Assembly (NCBI GenBank): GCA_025964075.1
Contig: JAOPZQ010000136.1
Location: forward strand, 1-31,823
Source of the DNA: Solirubrobacterales bacterium
Lineage (GTDB): Bacteria > Actinomycetota > Thermoleophilia > Solirubrobacterales > Solirubrobacteraceae
Direction: 5' to 3'
DNA length: 31,823 bases
Shown here: positions 16,849 to 25,516 of the stretch, piece after piece
How the letters are laid out: each line of letters starts with the position of its first letter
How positions within the stretch are numbered: position 1 is the first letter of the stretch
The notes under the pieces: model-generated
Told to the model about the DNA's origin: nothing
Seen by the model: the letters and a program-made list of their open reading frames with translations, nothing else
Database searches by the model: none
Translations under genes and position numbers: made by a program

Positions 16849-18396
16849 TCAGCTCCTTGTCTTCGACGCCTCGGGCCGGGTCCAGGTCGCGGTGGTGACG
16901 CCCTCGGCCTTCAGCGCGGCGTATTGCACGCGCTGCGTCCCCGTCTTGGGAAGCGCCTCGCGAAACTCGACGTAGGTGGGCACGGCGTAGGCGGCCATGC
17001 GCCCCTCGCAGTAGTCGATGAGCTCCCCCGGTGTGAGCCGCGTGCCGGGACGAGGCACGACGACGAGCTTGACGTCGTCCTCGCCGAGCTCGGACGCGAC
17101 GGCGTGCGCAGCGGACTCGAGCACCCCGGGGTGGGTGTTGACGACGTTCTCGACCTCCCACGCCGAGATGTTCTCCCCGCGCCGGCGCATCGACTCCTTG
17201 AGGCGACCGCAGTAGAAGTAGCGGCCGTCCTCGTCGACGCGCGCGAGGTCGCCGGTGTGGAACCACCCGCCGGCGTACGCCGCTTCCGTCGCCGCCGTGT
17301 TCTTGTGGTAGTGGGTGATGCGCCCCTGGGGGTGGCGCATGACGAGCTCGCCGACCACGCCCCGTCCGACCTCGTTGCTCGCAGCATCGATCACGGCGAA
17401 CTCCGTCGGGCCGATCGGGCGTCCCATCGCTCCGGGCGTGCCGTCGTCGTTGACGAGGAAGCCCGGGTGATCGACCATCCCGAAGAACTCGACGATCCGC
17501 ACCCCGAACCGCCGCTCGAACTCGACCCACGCCCATTCCGGGCACGCGGCGGAGAGCACGGACCGCACCGGGTTCTCGGCGTCGTCGGGGCGCTCCGGCT
17601 GCTTGAGGAGGATCGGCAGGAGCGCGCCCAGCGCGTTGAACTCGACCGCCTCGTAGCGGCGGACGTCCGCCCAGAAGCGCGAGGCACTGAAGCGCTCCGC
17701 GAGCGCCAGCGTCCAGTCGTTGAACACGGCGCCCATCGCCGAGAGGATCAGCGCGTTGCCGTGGAAGAGCGGGAGCGCCGTGTACACGGTCTCCCCGGGC
17801 TCGACGCCGAGCCGAGCCCACAGGCGGTGCATCGGCGTCAGGTCGTAGGCCGTCGCCACGACGCCCTTCGGGGGGCCCGTGGTGCCCGAGGTGTAGAGGA
17901 TGCCGAGCCCGCTCGCGCCGCCGCCCTCGATCTCCGGAACCGCGTCGGACGCGTCGAGCAGGCGCTCGAGCCCGATCGCTCCCGGCACCCGCGTGGCGTC
18001 GCCGCGGACGACCACGCGGGGCGGGTCGACCAGCTGCGCGTGGATGTCGGCGTAGGCGGCCGTGAGCGCGCCGTCGACGATCAGCGCGCGCGCGTCCGAG
18101 TCGTTCACGATGTGGGCGAGCGTGCCTCCGCGCTGCGCCGTGTTGATCGGAACGGCCGCCGCGCCGATCGCCACGATGCCCATGTACGAGGAGAGGAACT
18201 CCGGGGAGTTCGGCAGGAGCAGACCGACGCGATCGCCCGCGCGCACGCCGAGCTCGGCGAGGCCGTGCGCGGTCCGGAACGACGCCTCGGCGAACTCCCG
18301 CCAGGTGATCTCGCGATCGCCGAAGCGCAGGTACGCCGCATCGGGATGGGAGTCCCGGCGCTCGACCAGGAGATCGACGAGGGGGGGTCTCGTCAT
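16849..18396 (-). CDS. acyl-CoA synthetase / CoA ligase (CaiC-like), 515 aa
   Basis: YTSGTTGPPKG P-loop, LPLFH, WFHTGDL, RRRGENIS, LPKT. Confidence 0.92.
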   Translation of the reverse strand: MTRPPLVDLLVERRDSHPDAAYLRFGDREITWREFAEASFRTAHGLAELGVRAGDRVGLLLPNSPEFLSSYMGIVAIGAAAVPINTAQRGGTLAHIVNDSDARALIVDGALTAAYADIHAQLVDPPRVVVRGDATRVPGAIGLERLLDASDAVPEIEGGGASGLGILYTSGTTGPPKGVVATAYDLTPMHRLWARLGVEPGETVYTALPLFHGNALILSAMGAVFNDWTLALAERFSASRFWADVRRYEAVEFNALGALLPILLKQPERPDDAENPVRSVLSAACPEWAWVEFERRFGVRIVEFFGMVDHPGFLVNDDGTPGAMGRPIGPTEFAVIDAASNEVGRGVVGELVMRHPQGRITHYHKNTAATEAAYAGGWFHTGDLARVDEDGRYFYCGRLKESMRRRGENISAWEVENVVNTHPGVLESAAHAVASELGEDDVKLVVVPRPGTRLTPGELIDYCEGRMAAYAVPTYVEFREALPKTGTQRVQYAALKAEGVTTATWTRPEASKTRS

Positions 18397-18403
18397 CGGC
18401 TCC

Positions 18404-18712
18404 TCACCACGTGATCGGCGGCTGGATCGGGATGCCGTTCTGGACGAAGAAAGACCGCAGGATGTTGGCCTGCCTCCGCCCGCCCGAGGCCTCGAAGGCG
18501 TCGATCCGGCTGACCCACTCGCGCCGCGCCTTCATCCGCAGCTTGAGCTGGCCGTCGTCGAAGCGGCGCAGGCACTGGTCGACCATCTCGTCCGGCGTCG
18601 CGCCGTGGGTGACGCAGAACGCCTCGAGCACCGCGATGCGCTCGTCGTCCTCCGCGAAGCCGGCGGCCTCCATCCAGGCCTGCACGCTGCCGTAGCCGGT
18701 GAGGGCCATCAT
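18404..18712 (-). CDS. conserved-looking helical hypothetical protein, 102 aa
   Basis: ATGA/TGATG overlap with the nitroreductase stop; MMALTGYGSVQAWM...LRSFFVQNGIPIQPPITW; GC3 bias; fills the gap to the CoA ligase. Confidence 0.8.
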   Translation of the reverse strand: MMALTGYGSVQAWMEAAGFAEDDERIAVLEAFCVTHGATPDEMVDQCLRRFDDGQLKLRMKARREWVSRIDAFEASGGRRQANILRSFFVQNGIPIQPPITW

Positions 18713-19530
18713 TCCTCGGGCAGGCCGTAGGCGCGCGCGATCGAACGGATCTCGGCCTGCCGCCACGGGTACGGGGCGAGGGGCTGCAGCAGGCGGTGCT
18801 TCTCGAGGGCCGCGGTCACCTCGGGCGTCGCCTCGAACGGCGTCGTCGCGTCGTTCCAGAAGTAGTCCTCGGAGATCGGCGCGCGCGGACGCTGGCCGCC
18901 CGCCTGCATGTCCTCGGCGGGGTAGCCGACGAGGACCATCCACATCGGCTGCCAGTTCTCGGGAACGCTCAGCGACTCCTTGACGACGTCGGAGTTCCAC
19001 GACTTGCAGCACGCGCCCAGTCCGAGCGCGGTGACGGAGAGGAGGATGTGCGCGAGCGCCTGCGCGGCCTCGACCGCCGCCATCCACCCGGCCGCCGCGG
19101 GGTCCGCGAGCAGCGGCTCGAGGATGGTCTTGCCGACGACCTCGTCGGCGAAGCGGTGGCTCCACCCCAGAGCGGGCGCGAAGGCTCCCCGGTCGTACAG
19201 GTCCTTCAGACGCTCGGGACCGCCGGCGGGCGCCTGCGGATCGGAGTACGTGAACAGGTAGAGCGGCGCCATGTCGAGGTCGGCGGTGTTCGTGGGCGTC
19301 TTCAGCGCCTCGCGAGCCTCGGGGTCGAGCGTGTCCCGCTCGCAGGCGATGACCTTCAGGTAGGAGGCGTTCACCGACCGCGACGACCTCTGCGCGGCCT
19401 CGAACATGACCTCGACCTTCCAGCGCTCGACGGGACGGAACGGCTGGAAGTAGCGGATCGAGCGTCGGGTCCCGATCGCGTCGAAGAGGGGCATCGCCCC
19501 CGCCCGATCCATCTCGTGCTCGTCGTACAT
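18709..19530 (-). CDS. nitroreductase superfamily flavoprotein with C-terminal extension, 273 aa
   Basis: RRSIR FMN-binding motif, ALGLGAC, VLVGYP...RPR; GAGGAG SD. Confidence 0.85.
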   Translation of the reverse strand: MYDEHEMDRAGAMPLFDAIGTRRSIRYFQPFRPVERWKVEVMFEAAQRSSRSVNASYLKVIACERDTLDPEAREALKTPTNTADLDMAPLYLFTYSDPQAPAGGPERLKDLYDRGAFAPALGWSHRFADEVVGKTILEPLLADPAAAGWMAAVEAAQALAHILLSVTALGLGACCKSWNSDVVKESLSVPENWQPMWMVLVGYPAEDMQAGGQRPRAPISEDYFWNDATTPFEATPEVTAALEKHRLLQPLAPYPWRQAEIRSIARAYGLPEE

Positions 19531-19544
19531 GTGTCTCGCCCTCT

Positions 19545-19678
19545 CCTCGCGGGTAGTCGGCCGACCTTAGCGGCGCCCGTATCCATTGTCCATCCAGACC
19601 GGGTGGTCGGTCGGCTCTTACTGAACCCTCTCTTGCAGTTATCCTAAACGGGGTTTACGCTCCCGACCGAGTAGTCGC
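19545..19678. promoter_or_regulatory. divergent promoter region with CCGAC-N6-GTCGG-like operators at 19595-19610 and 19663-19678 and a half-site at 19550-19560
   Basis: CAGAC-CGGGTG-GTCGG and CCGAC-CGAGTA-GTCGC flank -10-like GACAAT (minus, 19585-19590) and TACGCT (plus, 19656-19661). Confidence 0.55.
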
Positions 19679-19697
19679 ACGAGGGAAGGAGAGAGCG

Positions 19698-20489
19698 ATG
19701 GGATTTGTGCGTACACCCGAGGAGATCGGGCGGATCCAGGAGGCCCTGAGCAAGCCGCGCTTCGTCGGCGCCGAGATGCTCACGGTCGACTTCCTGACGA
19801 CGCTCGGGTTCGTCGAGGCGGTCCTGCCCCCCGGCCTCGAGCCGGCCGCCCAACCTCGCATCACGGCGATGGTCGGCCGCTGGCAGAGCAACTGCGTCGC
19901 CGACTTCGACGGCGGCGCCATCTACGTCGCCGCCCGGCACGGCGACCTCGACGGCGACTACGTCCTCGCGATGTTCATGGACGACGACGAGCCGATCATC
20001 TACGGCCGCGACCTGTTCGGCGAGCCGAAGAAGCAGGCGGTGTCGCACCTCCATCGCCGCGGCGACCACATGACCGGGTACATCGAGCGGCGCGGCACGC
20101 GGCTCGTGCAGCTCGACGCGGAGCTCACCGAGGACACCGGGCCGGTCCGGGTCACGGGGCACAACTTCAACTACAAGGCGACGCCGTCCGCCGACGGACT
20201 CGGCCTCGAGCACGACGCGGTGCTCACGGTCGCGACGTTCGAAAACGACTTCTGGACATCGCGTGGCGGGACGGGCGAGGTGCGGCTGACGAGCACCGTG
20301 CACGACCCGCTCGGCGACATCCCGATCGAGTCGGTGCTCGGCGCCGCCTACGTCGAGGGCGACATGATCGCGAGCTGCCGCTCGGCGGCCCGTATCCCCG
20401 CCGAGGACTTCCTTCCGTACGCCCTCGGCCGCCTCGACGACTGGAGCGCGCTGAACACCGAGTCACCGCCCGCCCTCGTGGCGAGCTGA
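19698..20489 (+). CDS. acetoacetate decarboxylase-like (ADC superfamily) protein 2, 263 aa
   Basis: GRDLFGEPKK lysine motif; GGAAGGAG SD. Confidence 0.85.
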   Translation: MGFVRTPEEIGRIQEALSKPRFVGAEMLTVDFLTTLGFVEAVLPPGLEPAAQPRITAMVGRWQSNCVADFDGGAIYVAARHGDLDGDYVLAMFMDDDEPIIYGRDLFGEPKKQAVSHLHRRGDHMTGYIERRGTRLVQLDAELTEDTGPVRVTGHNFNYKATPSADGLGLEHDAVLTVATFENDFWTSRGGTGEVRLTSTVHDPLGDIPIESVLGAAYVEGDMIASCRSAARIPAEDFLPYALGRLDDWSALNTESPPALVAS

Positions 20490-20506
20490 CGTCGGGGCGC
20501 CGAGCG

Positions 20507-22396
20507 ATGGACCGGCATCGCACCGAGTCCCGCTGTCCCGCGATCGACGCGTTCGCCAAGATCGCCGGCGCGCTCGGCGGGCTGACCGAGATGGACGATC
20601 TCCTCCATCTCCTCGCCCGCACGCTCTCCGACCTCGTCGGTGTCGAGCGCTACAGCCTGCACCTGCGCGACGACGAGGCCGGGCTCTTCCACGGCCGCGT
20701 CGGCCACACGGGCACCGAGAGCATCGACAGCCTCGTCAAGCGGGCCTCGGCGGGGATGCAGGCCGACGGCATGAGCCGCGAGCTGCTCGAGAGCAGGCGC
20801 CCGGTGATCATCGTCAACGCGCGAGACGATCCGCGCATCGTCCGCTCGACGGTGCGCTTCTGGCGGATCCGCTCGTTGATGGCCGTCCCGCTGCTCCTGG
20901 GCGACGAGGTCCTCGGGATCGCCTATCTCGACGACGTCGACCGGGCGCACGAGTTCTCGGATTCCGATCAGGAGCTCGCGCTGGCGTTCGGCGAGCTCGC
21001 CGGCATCGCGATCGATCGGATGAAGACGACGCTGCAGCTGCGGTCCGAGCTCGAGGCGATGAGCCGGCAGAACGCCGCGTTCCGCCGCGCGGCGGCGCTG
21101 GACGACCGGCTGAGTGCGCTCGTCGTCGAGGGTCGGAGCCTCGAGGACCTCATCGCGCTCCTGGCCGAGGCGCTGGGCAAGCCGTGCGCGCTCTACGACT
21201 CCGCTGACGAGCGCGTCGCGGTCGCGTGTCCCCCCGGATGTGCCGAGGACGTCGCTCCGCGCCTGCTCGAGGCCCCCTACCGGCACATGCCCGAGGTGCA
21301 GCTCGCGCTGGGCTCGTTGGCGGAGAGTCGTGGCGGCGTCGTCGCGCCGGTGCCGACGGCCGGTGTCCTCCACCGTCACTACATCGCTCCGGTCACGGCC
21401 GGCGGGGAGGCCTGGGGCACCCTGATCCTCATGGAGCACAAGCGCCGGTTCACGGGCGCGGACATCCTCACCGCCCGGAGGGCGGCGACGCTCATCGCCC
21501 TCCACATGAGCGCCGAGCGCAAGGTGCGCGCCGGCGAGGCGACCGCGCGGGCGTCGCTGACCGCGGAGCTCGTCGCCGGCGACCTCGACGAGGTCGAGGC
21601 GCGTCGTCGCGCCGAGCACCTCGGGCTCAACCCGACCGGCGACCACGTCGTGTGCCTGATCGCGGCGCGCGGCGGGGGGCGGGACGCCGTCCCGGACGTC
21701 GGCTGGGTCGGCGCAGCCCTCGACGACATCGAGGCGGTCGGGCGCGTGCTCACGGCCCGGCTCCGCGACGGCGTCGTCGCCGTCATCGAGTGCCCGACGG
21801 GCTCGACGCGGCGCTGCTACGCGAGCGCGCTCAGGCAGCCGCTGGCCGAGGTGTGCGAGCAACTGACCGCCGGCGCCGAGCTGGTCGCCGGCATCTCCGC
21901 CGTGTACACGGGTCCCGAGGCGCTGTCCGAGGCCTACGAGCAGGCCCGGCAGGTGGTCCAGTGCATCGAGCGGTTCTCGCCGCCCGGCTCGGGCACCGTG
22001 TTCACCGCCGAGGAGCTCGGCGCCGGACGGCTGTTCCTCGCCATGTCGGACGAGCACGAGGCGTCGCGCTTCGCCCTCCAGACGCTCGGAGAGCTCGTCG
22101 ACGATCCCGCTCGCTCGGACCTGCTGGCCACGCTCTGCCAGTTCTTCGCCCACCAGGCGAGCATCCGCCGATGCGCCGAGGACCTCGGCGTGCACGAGAA
22201 CACGATCCGCTACCGGCTCGCCAAGGCCGAGGAGCTCGCGGAGCTGCCGTTCACCCGCGATCCCGATGCCCAGACGCGAGCCCAGATCTCGCTCGCGATC
22301 CTTCAGCTGCAAGGAAGGATCCCCGCCGAGGTCGCCCGGCGCGTGGAGTCGAGCGCGGTCCGCTCGCTGGAGCCGGTCACGCACGGCAGCGCCTGA
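20507..22396 (+). CDS. GAF-domain PucR/CdaR-family transcriptional activator, 629 aa
   Basis: N-terminal GAF (RSLMAVPLLLGDEVLGIAYLD), second sensor domain, C-terminal HTH IRRCAEDLGVHENTIRYRL. Confidence 0.9.
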   Translation: MDRHRTESRCPAIDAFAKIAGALGGLTEMDDLLHLLARTLSDLVGVERYSLHLRDDEAGLFHGRVGHTGTESIDSLVKRASAGMQADGMSRELLESRRPVIIVNARDDPRIVRSTVRFWRIRSLMAVPLLLGDEVLGIAYLDDVDRAHEFSDSDQELALAFGELAGIAIDRMKTTLQLRSELEAMSRQNAAFRRAAALDDRLSALVVEGRSLEDLIALLAEALGKPCALYDSADERVAVACPPGCAEDVAPRLLEAPYRHMPEVQLALGSLAESRGGVVAPVPTAGVLHRHYIAPVTAGGEAWGTLILMEHKRRFTGADILTARRAATLIALHMSAERKVRAGEATARASLTAELVAGDLDEVEARRRAEHLGLNPTGDHVVCLIAARGGGRDAVPDVGWVGAALDDIEAVGRVLTARLRDGVVAVIECPTGSTRRCYASALRQPLAEVCEQLTAGAELVAGISAVYTGPEALSEAYEQARQVVQCIERFSPPGSGTVFTAEELGAGRLFLAMSDEHEASRFALQTLGELVDDPARSDLLATLCQFFAHQASIRRCAEDLGVHENTIRYRLAKAEELAELPFTRDPDAQTRAQISLAILQLQGRIPAEVARRVESSAVRSLEPVTHGSA

Positions 22397-22402
22397 GCAC
22401 CT

Positions 22403-22466
22403 TTGTAGAACCGACAACGCCCCGCGCTCGCCGCCGGGTCCCGGGCGGGCGGCCCGCGGCGAGAAT
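22403..22466 (+). promoter_or_regulatory. Zn-dehydrogenase promoter: TTGT-N7-ACAA (22403-22417) plus -10-like GAGAAT (22461-22466)
   Basis: Perfect 4-bp arms, 43-bp spacing, directly after the cdaR-like gene. Confidence 0.6.
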
Positions 22467-22473
22467 GCGGCTC

Positions 22474-23550
22474 GTGCCCCCCGCTTCCCCAGCCCGCGGC
22501 AGCATCCGCGCCGTCGAATGGAGGGGCCCCGAGGCCCTGGCGCTGGTCGACCGCGAGGCGCCCGAGGCGACGCCGGGACAGGCGGTCGTGGAGGTGGCCC
22601 ATTGCGGCATCTGCGGCTCGGATCTCCATAGCTACCGGCACGGTCTGGCGGCGACAGCCGGCCAGGTGCTCGGCCACGAGTTCTCCGGCACGGTGCTCGA
22701 GGCGCCGGGAGTGGAGGGTCTGGCGCCCGGCGATCGCGTCACCGTCCGGCCGCTCATCCCCTGCGGCCGGTGCCGACGCTGCCGGGCCGGCGAGCCCAAC
22801 CTGTGCGAGGTCGGCGCTGTCGACAACATCGGCTACGGATCGCCGGGCGCCTTCGCCGAGCGCGTGCTCGTGCCGCGGGCGGCGCTCGGGGAGACGGTGT
22901 TCCGGTTGCCCCCCGAGGTCGGCGACCGGGCGGGCGCCCTCGTCGAGCCGCTCGCGGTCGCGATGCACGCGGCGCGGCTCGGCGCCGTGCTCCCGGAGGA
23001 CGTCGTCCTCGTGCTGGGCGCGGGAATGATCGGCCTCGGGGTGACGCGGCTCCTGCGCCTCGCGGGGGTCGGCCGGCTGGTCGTCGCCGACCTCTCCCCG
23101 CTGCGCCGCGCGCGGGCGCTGGCCCTCGGCGCCGACCGGACGATCGACCCGCGAGCGGAGGACGTCACGAAGGCGATGCGCGAGATCACCGGGCCCGGGG
23201 GCTTCGGCCTCGGCGCCGCCGTCGACGTCGTGTTCGAGTGCGCGGGCGTCGAGGAGACGCTGGCCCACGCCCTCAAGTCCGCACGCCAGGGCGGCACGCT
23301 CGTCCTGACCGCGGTCTACGCGGGCGCGGTCAGGATCCACCCCGATCGGATCGTCGAGAAGGAGCTGACCGTGCGCGGCGCGTTCGCCTACCGCGACGAG
23401 TTCCCCGCCGTGATCGATCTCCTCGCGTCCGGCGCGGTCGACCCCGAGGAGTTCGTCTCGCACTCGTTCGGCCTCGACGACGTCGAGCTCGCGTTCCGGA
23501 CGCAGATGGACACCGCCCGCTCGATCAAGGTGCTCGTCACTCCGGGGTGA
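22474..23550 (+). CDS. zinc-dependent alcohol dehydrogenase (MDR; butanediol/threonine/sorbitol dehydrogenase-like), about 358 aa
   Basis: CGICGSDLH, GHE, CGRCRRC...C structural Zn, GAGMIG; GTG 22474 chosen because it sits 7 nt after the -10 (alternative ATG 22465). Confidence 0.88.
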   Translation: MPPASPARGSIRAVEWRGPEALALVDREAPEATPGQAVVEVAHCGICGSDLHSYRHGLAATAGQVLGHEFSGTVLEAPGVEGLAPGDRVTVRPLIPCGRCRRCRAGEPNLCEVGAVDNIGYGSPGAFAERVLVPRAALGETVFRLPPEVGDRAGALVEPLAVAMHAARLGAVLPEDVVLVLGAGMIGLGVTRLLRLAGVGRLVVADLSPLRRARALALGADRTIDPRAEDVTKAMREITGPGGFGLGAAVDVVFECAGVEETLAHALKSARQGGTLVLTAVYAGAVRIHPDRIVEKELTVRGAFAYRDEFPAVIDLLASGAVDPEEFVSHSFGLDDVELAFRTQMDTARSIKVLVTPG

Positions 23551-24763
23551 GCAGCTCGAGGACGGCCGCGGCGTAGATCTCCGCCGCCGCGGCGACCTCG
23601 GCGACGGCCACGTGCTCGTCCACCGCGTGCGCGAGCTCGAAGTCGCCCGGCCCGAACGTGATCGCCGCCGGGTTCCCGAAGCCGTGCTCGTCGGTGCGCA
23701 TGAGCTCGGCGGCGTCGACCCAGCCGCCGTTGAACTGGCGGATCTCGGCCGTCCCGCCGGTCACGGCGCCGACCGCGCTCTGGAGCGCCTTGATGCCCCG
23801 GTGCGCGGGATCGGCCTCGCCCGGGCGCAGCCACAGGCGCCCGGCACCCATCGGCAGGACCTTGGACTCGAAGCGAACCTCGCCGTCCTCGCGCTCGAGC
23901 TGGCGCAGGAACGCGTCGATCGCCTCGGCGACGCCGGTCAGCGTCGTGCCCGGGGGCGAGAGCACGGAGAGCACGGCGTCGCACCGCGCCGGGATCGCCC
24001 AGCCGCCGCCCGGCAGGGTGCGGATCGCGTTCGTGGTCACGCGCGGCTCGAACCAGCGGGAAGTGCCGCCCGGCAGCGCCAGGAGCCCCTGCTCGACCGC
24101 GAGGACGAGCCGCGCCATCTTCTCGATCGCGTTGACGCCGCGCTCGGGCTCGGTCGGGTGGGCGGTGCGTCCGATCGCGGTGATCTTCCACGTCGAGATG
24201 CCCGGGTACGCCATCTCGATCCGCTGGTTGCTCGTCGCCTCGGCGGAGAACACGGTGTCGACGCGCTCGATCACGCCGAGGTCCTCCATCAGGGTCGCGC
24301 CGCGGAAGCCGTCCTCTCCGTCGCAGTCCGACATGAAGTAGAGCGGGCCGTCGAGCGCGGCGCCGCTTGCCACCACGGCTTCGAGTGCCGCGAGCATCGC
24401 GACATGAGCGCCCTTGCTGTCGACCGCCCCGCGGCCGTAGACGACGCCGTCCTCGATCTGACCGCCCCACGGGTCGCGGCTCCAGTCCGCGGGGACCGCG
24501 CCGACCGTGTCGTAGTGGGCGTCGAAGAGGATCCCGGCTTGCTCGCCGCGGCCTTCGAGGCGACCGAGGACGAGCGGCGCGCGCCGCCCCTCCACGGCGT
24601 AGTGCTCCACGGTCATGCCGAGCTCGCGCAGGCGGGCGCTGACCCACAGGTGGGCGGTGGTGTCCTCGCCGACGACGCTCCGGATCGAGATGAGCTCGCG
24701 CAGGAGCTTCGCGCAGCGCTCGGGGTCGATGCGGATCCGTTCGGTCTGCTGTTCGGTGCTCAT
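23537..24763 (-). CDS. M20/M25/M40 family metallo-hydrolase (ArgE/DapE-like), 408 aa
   Basis: AHYDTV, GRGAVDSKG, AEAT, GRTAH dimerisation entry, AHAVDEH; EE motif altered to GE. Confidence 0.88.
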   Translation of the reverse strand: MSTEQQTERIRIDPERCAKLLRELISIRSVVGEDTTAHLWVSARLRELGMTVEHYAVEGRRAPLVLGRLEGRGEQAGILFDAHYDTVGAVPADWSRDPWGGQIEDGVVYGRGAVDSKGAHVAMLAALEAVVASGAALDGPLYFMSDCDGEDGFRGATLMEDLGVIERVDTVFSAEATSNQRIEMAYPGISTWKITAIGRTAHPTEPERGVNAIEKMARLVLAVEQGLLALPGGTSRWFEPRVTTNAIRTLPGGGWAIPARCDAVLSVLSPPGTTLTGVAEAIDAFLRQLEREDGEVRFESKVLPMGAGRLWLRPGEADPAHRGIKALQSAVGAVTGGTAEIRQFNGGWVDAAELMRTDEHGFGNPAAITFGPGDFELAHAVDEHVAVAEVAAAAEIYAAAVLELLTPE

Positions 24764-24787
24764 GGCCGGCCTTTCGTCGGGGGAGAG

Positions 24788-25516
24788 TCAGCGGGAGTCG
24801 TCGAGGAGCGCCGGGTGGCCGCGCAGGCTGAGGCCGCCGTCGACGGTCAGGCACGTCCCGGTGATCCAGCGTGCGGCGGGGGAGGCGAGGAACGCGACGG
24901 CGGCCGCGATGTCCGCGCCCTCGGCGATGCGGCCGAGCGGCGTGCCGTCGACGAAGGACTCGGACACGCCCGGTTGCGCGAGCATCGGCTCCATCAGCGG
25001 CGTGCGCACGACGCCCGGCGCGACGGCGTTGCAGCGGATGCCGCGCGAGCCGAGCTCGAGGGCGGCGGAGCGGACGAGCGCCTCGAGGCCCGCCTTCGCC
25101 GCGCAGTAGTGCGTCAGGCCGGCGACGGGGGAGCGCGAGTCGATCGACGAGAGCAGGGTCACGGACCCCTCGCCCGCCAGCGCGCGAGCGCAGGACTGAA
25201 CGACGTTGAAGGCGCCGGTGAGGTTGACGGCGAGGACGAGCTCCCACTCGCGCGCCGTGATGTCGGCGAGGGGCGTCACGCGGGCGGTCCCCGCGGCGTA
25301 GACCACGGTCCACGGCGAGCCGCAATGCGTGGCGAAGTCCTCGACCGCGGCGCGCACGGCCTCGGCGTCGCGCACGTCGAGGGGCAGGGAGGCGACGTCG
25401 GACGGTGGGCGCAGGTCGGCGACGACGACGCGCCAACCCCGGGCGGCCAGCTCGTCGGCGGTCGCGCGTCCGATGCCGGAGGCGCCGCCGACCACGAGCG
25501 CCCCGGCGGCCGGCAT
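24788..25516 (-). CDS. short-chain dehydrogenase/reductase (SDR), about 242 aa
   Basis: GGASGIG, S...YCAAK, NAVAPG, DGG; TGATG coupling to the E2 stop (alternative GTG 25528). Confidence 0.9.
   Translation of the reverse strand: MPAAGALVVGGASGIGRATADELAARGWRVVVADLRPPSDVASLPLDVRDAEAVRAAVEDFATHCGSPWTVVYAAGTARVTPLADITAREWELVLAVNLTGAFNVVQSCARALAGEGSVTLLSSIDSRSPVAGLTHYCAAKAGLEALVRSAALELGSRGIRCNAVAPGVVRTPLMEPMLAQPGVSESFVDGTPLGRIAEGADIAAAVAFLASPAARWITGTCLTVDGGLSLRGHPALLDDSR

Noticed and set aside
19645-19657. TAAAC-GGG-GTTTA palindrome in the nitroreductase/adc2 intergenic region
   Set aside because: 5-bp arms, single occurrence, adjacent to the proposed -10; not enough to call an operator
21226-23550. 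774-aa ORF suggesting a fusion to the Zn-dehydrogenase
   Set aside because: The upstream part is an Arg/Gly-rich shadow frame of the PucR/CdaR gene
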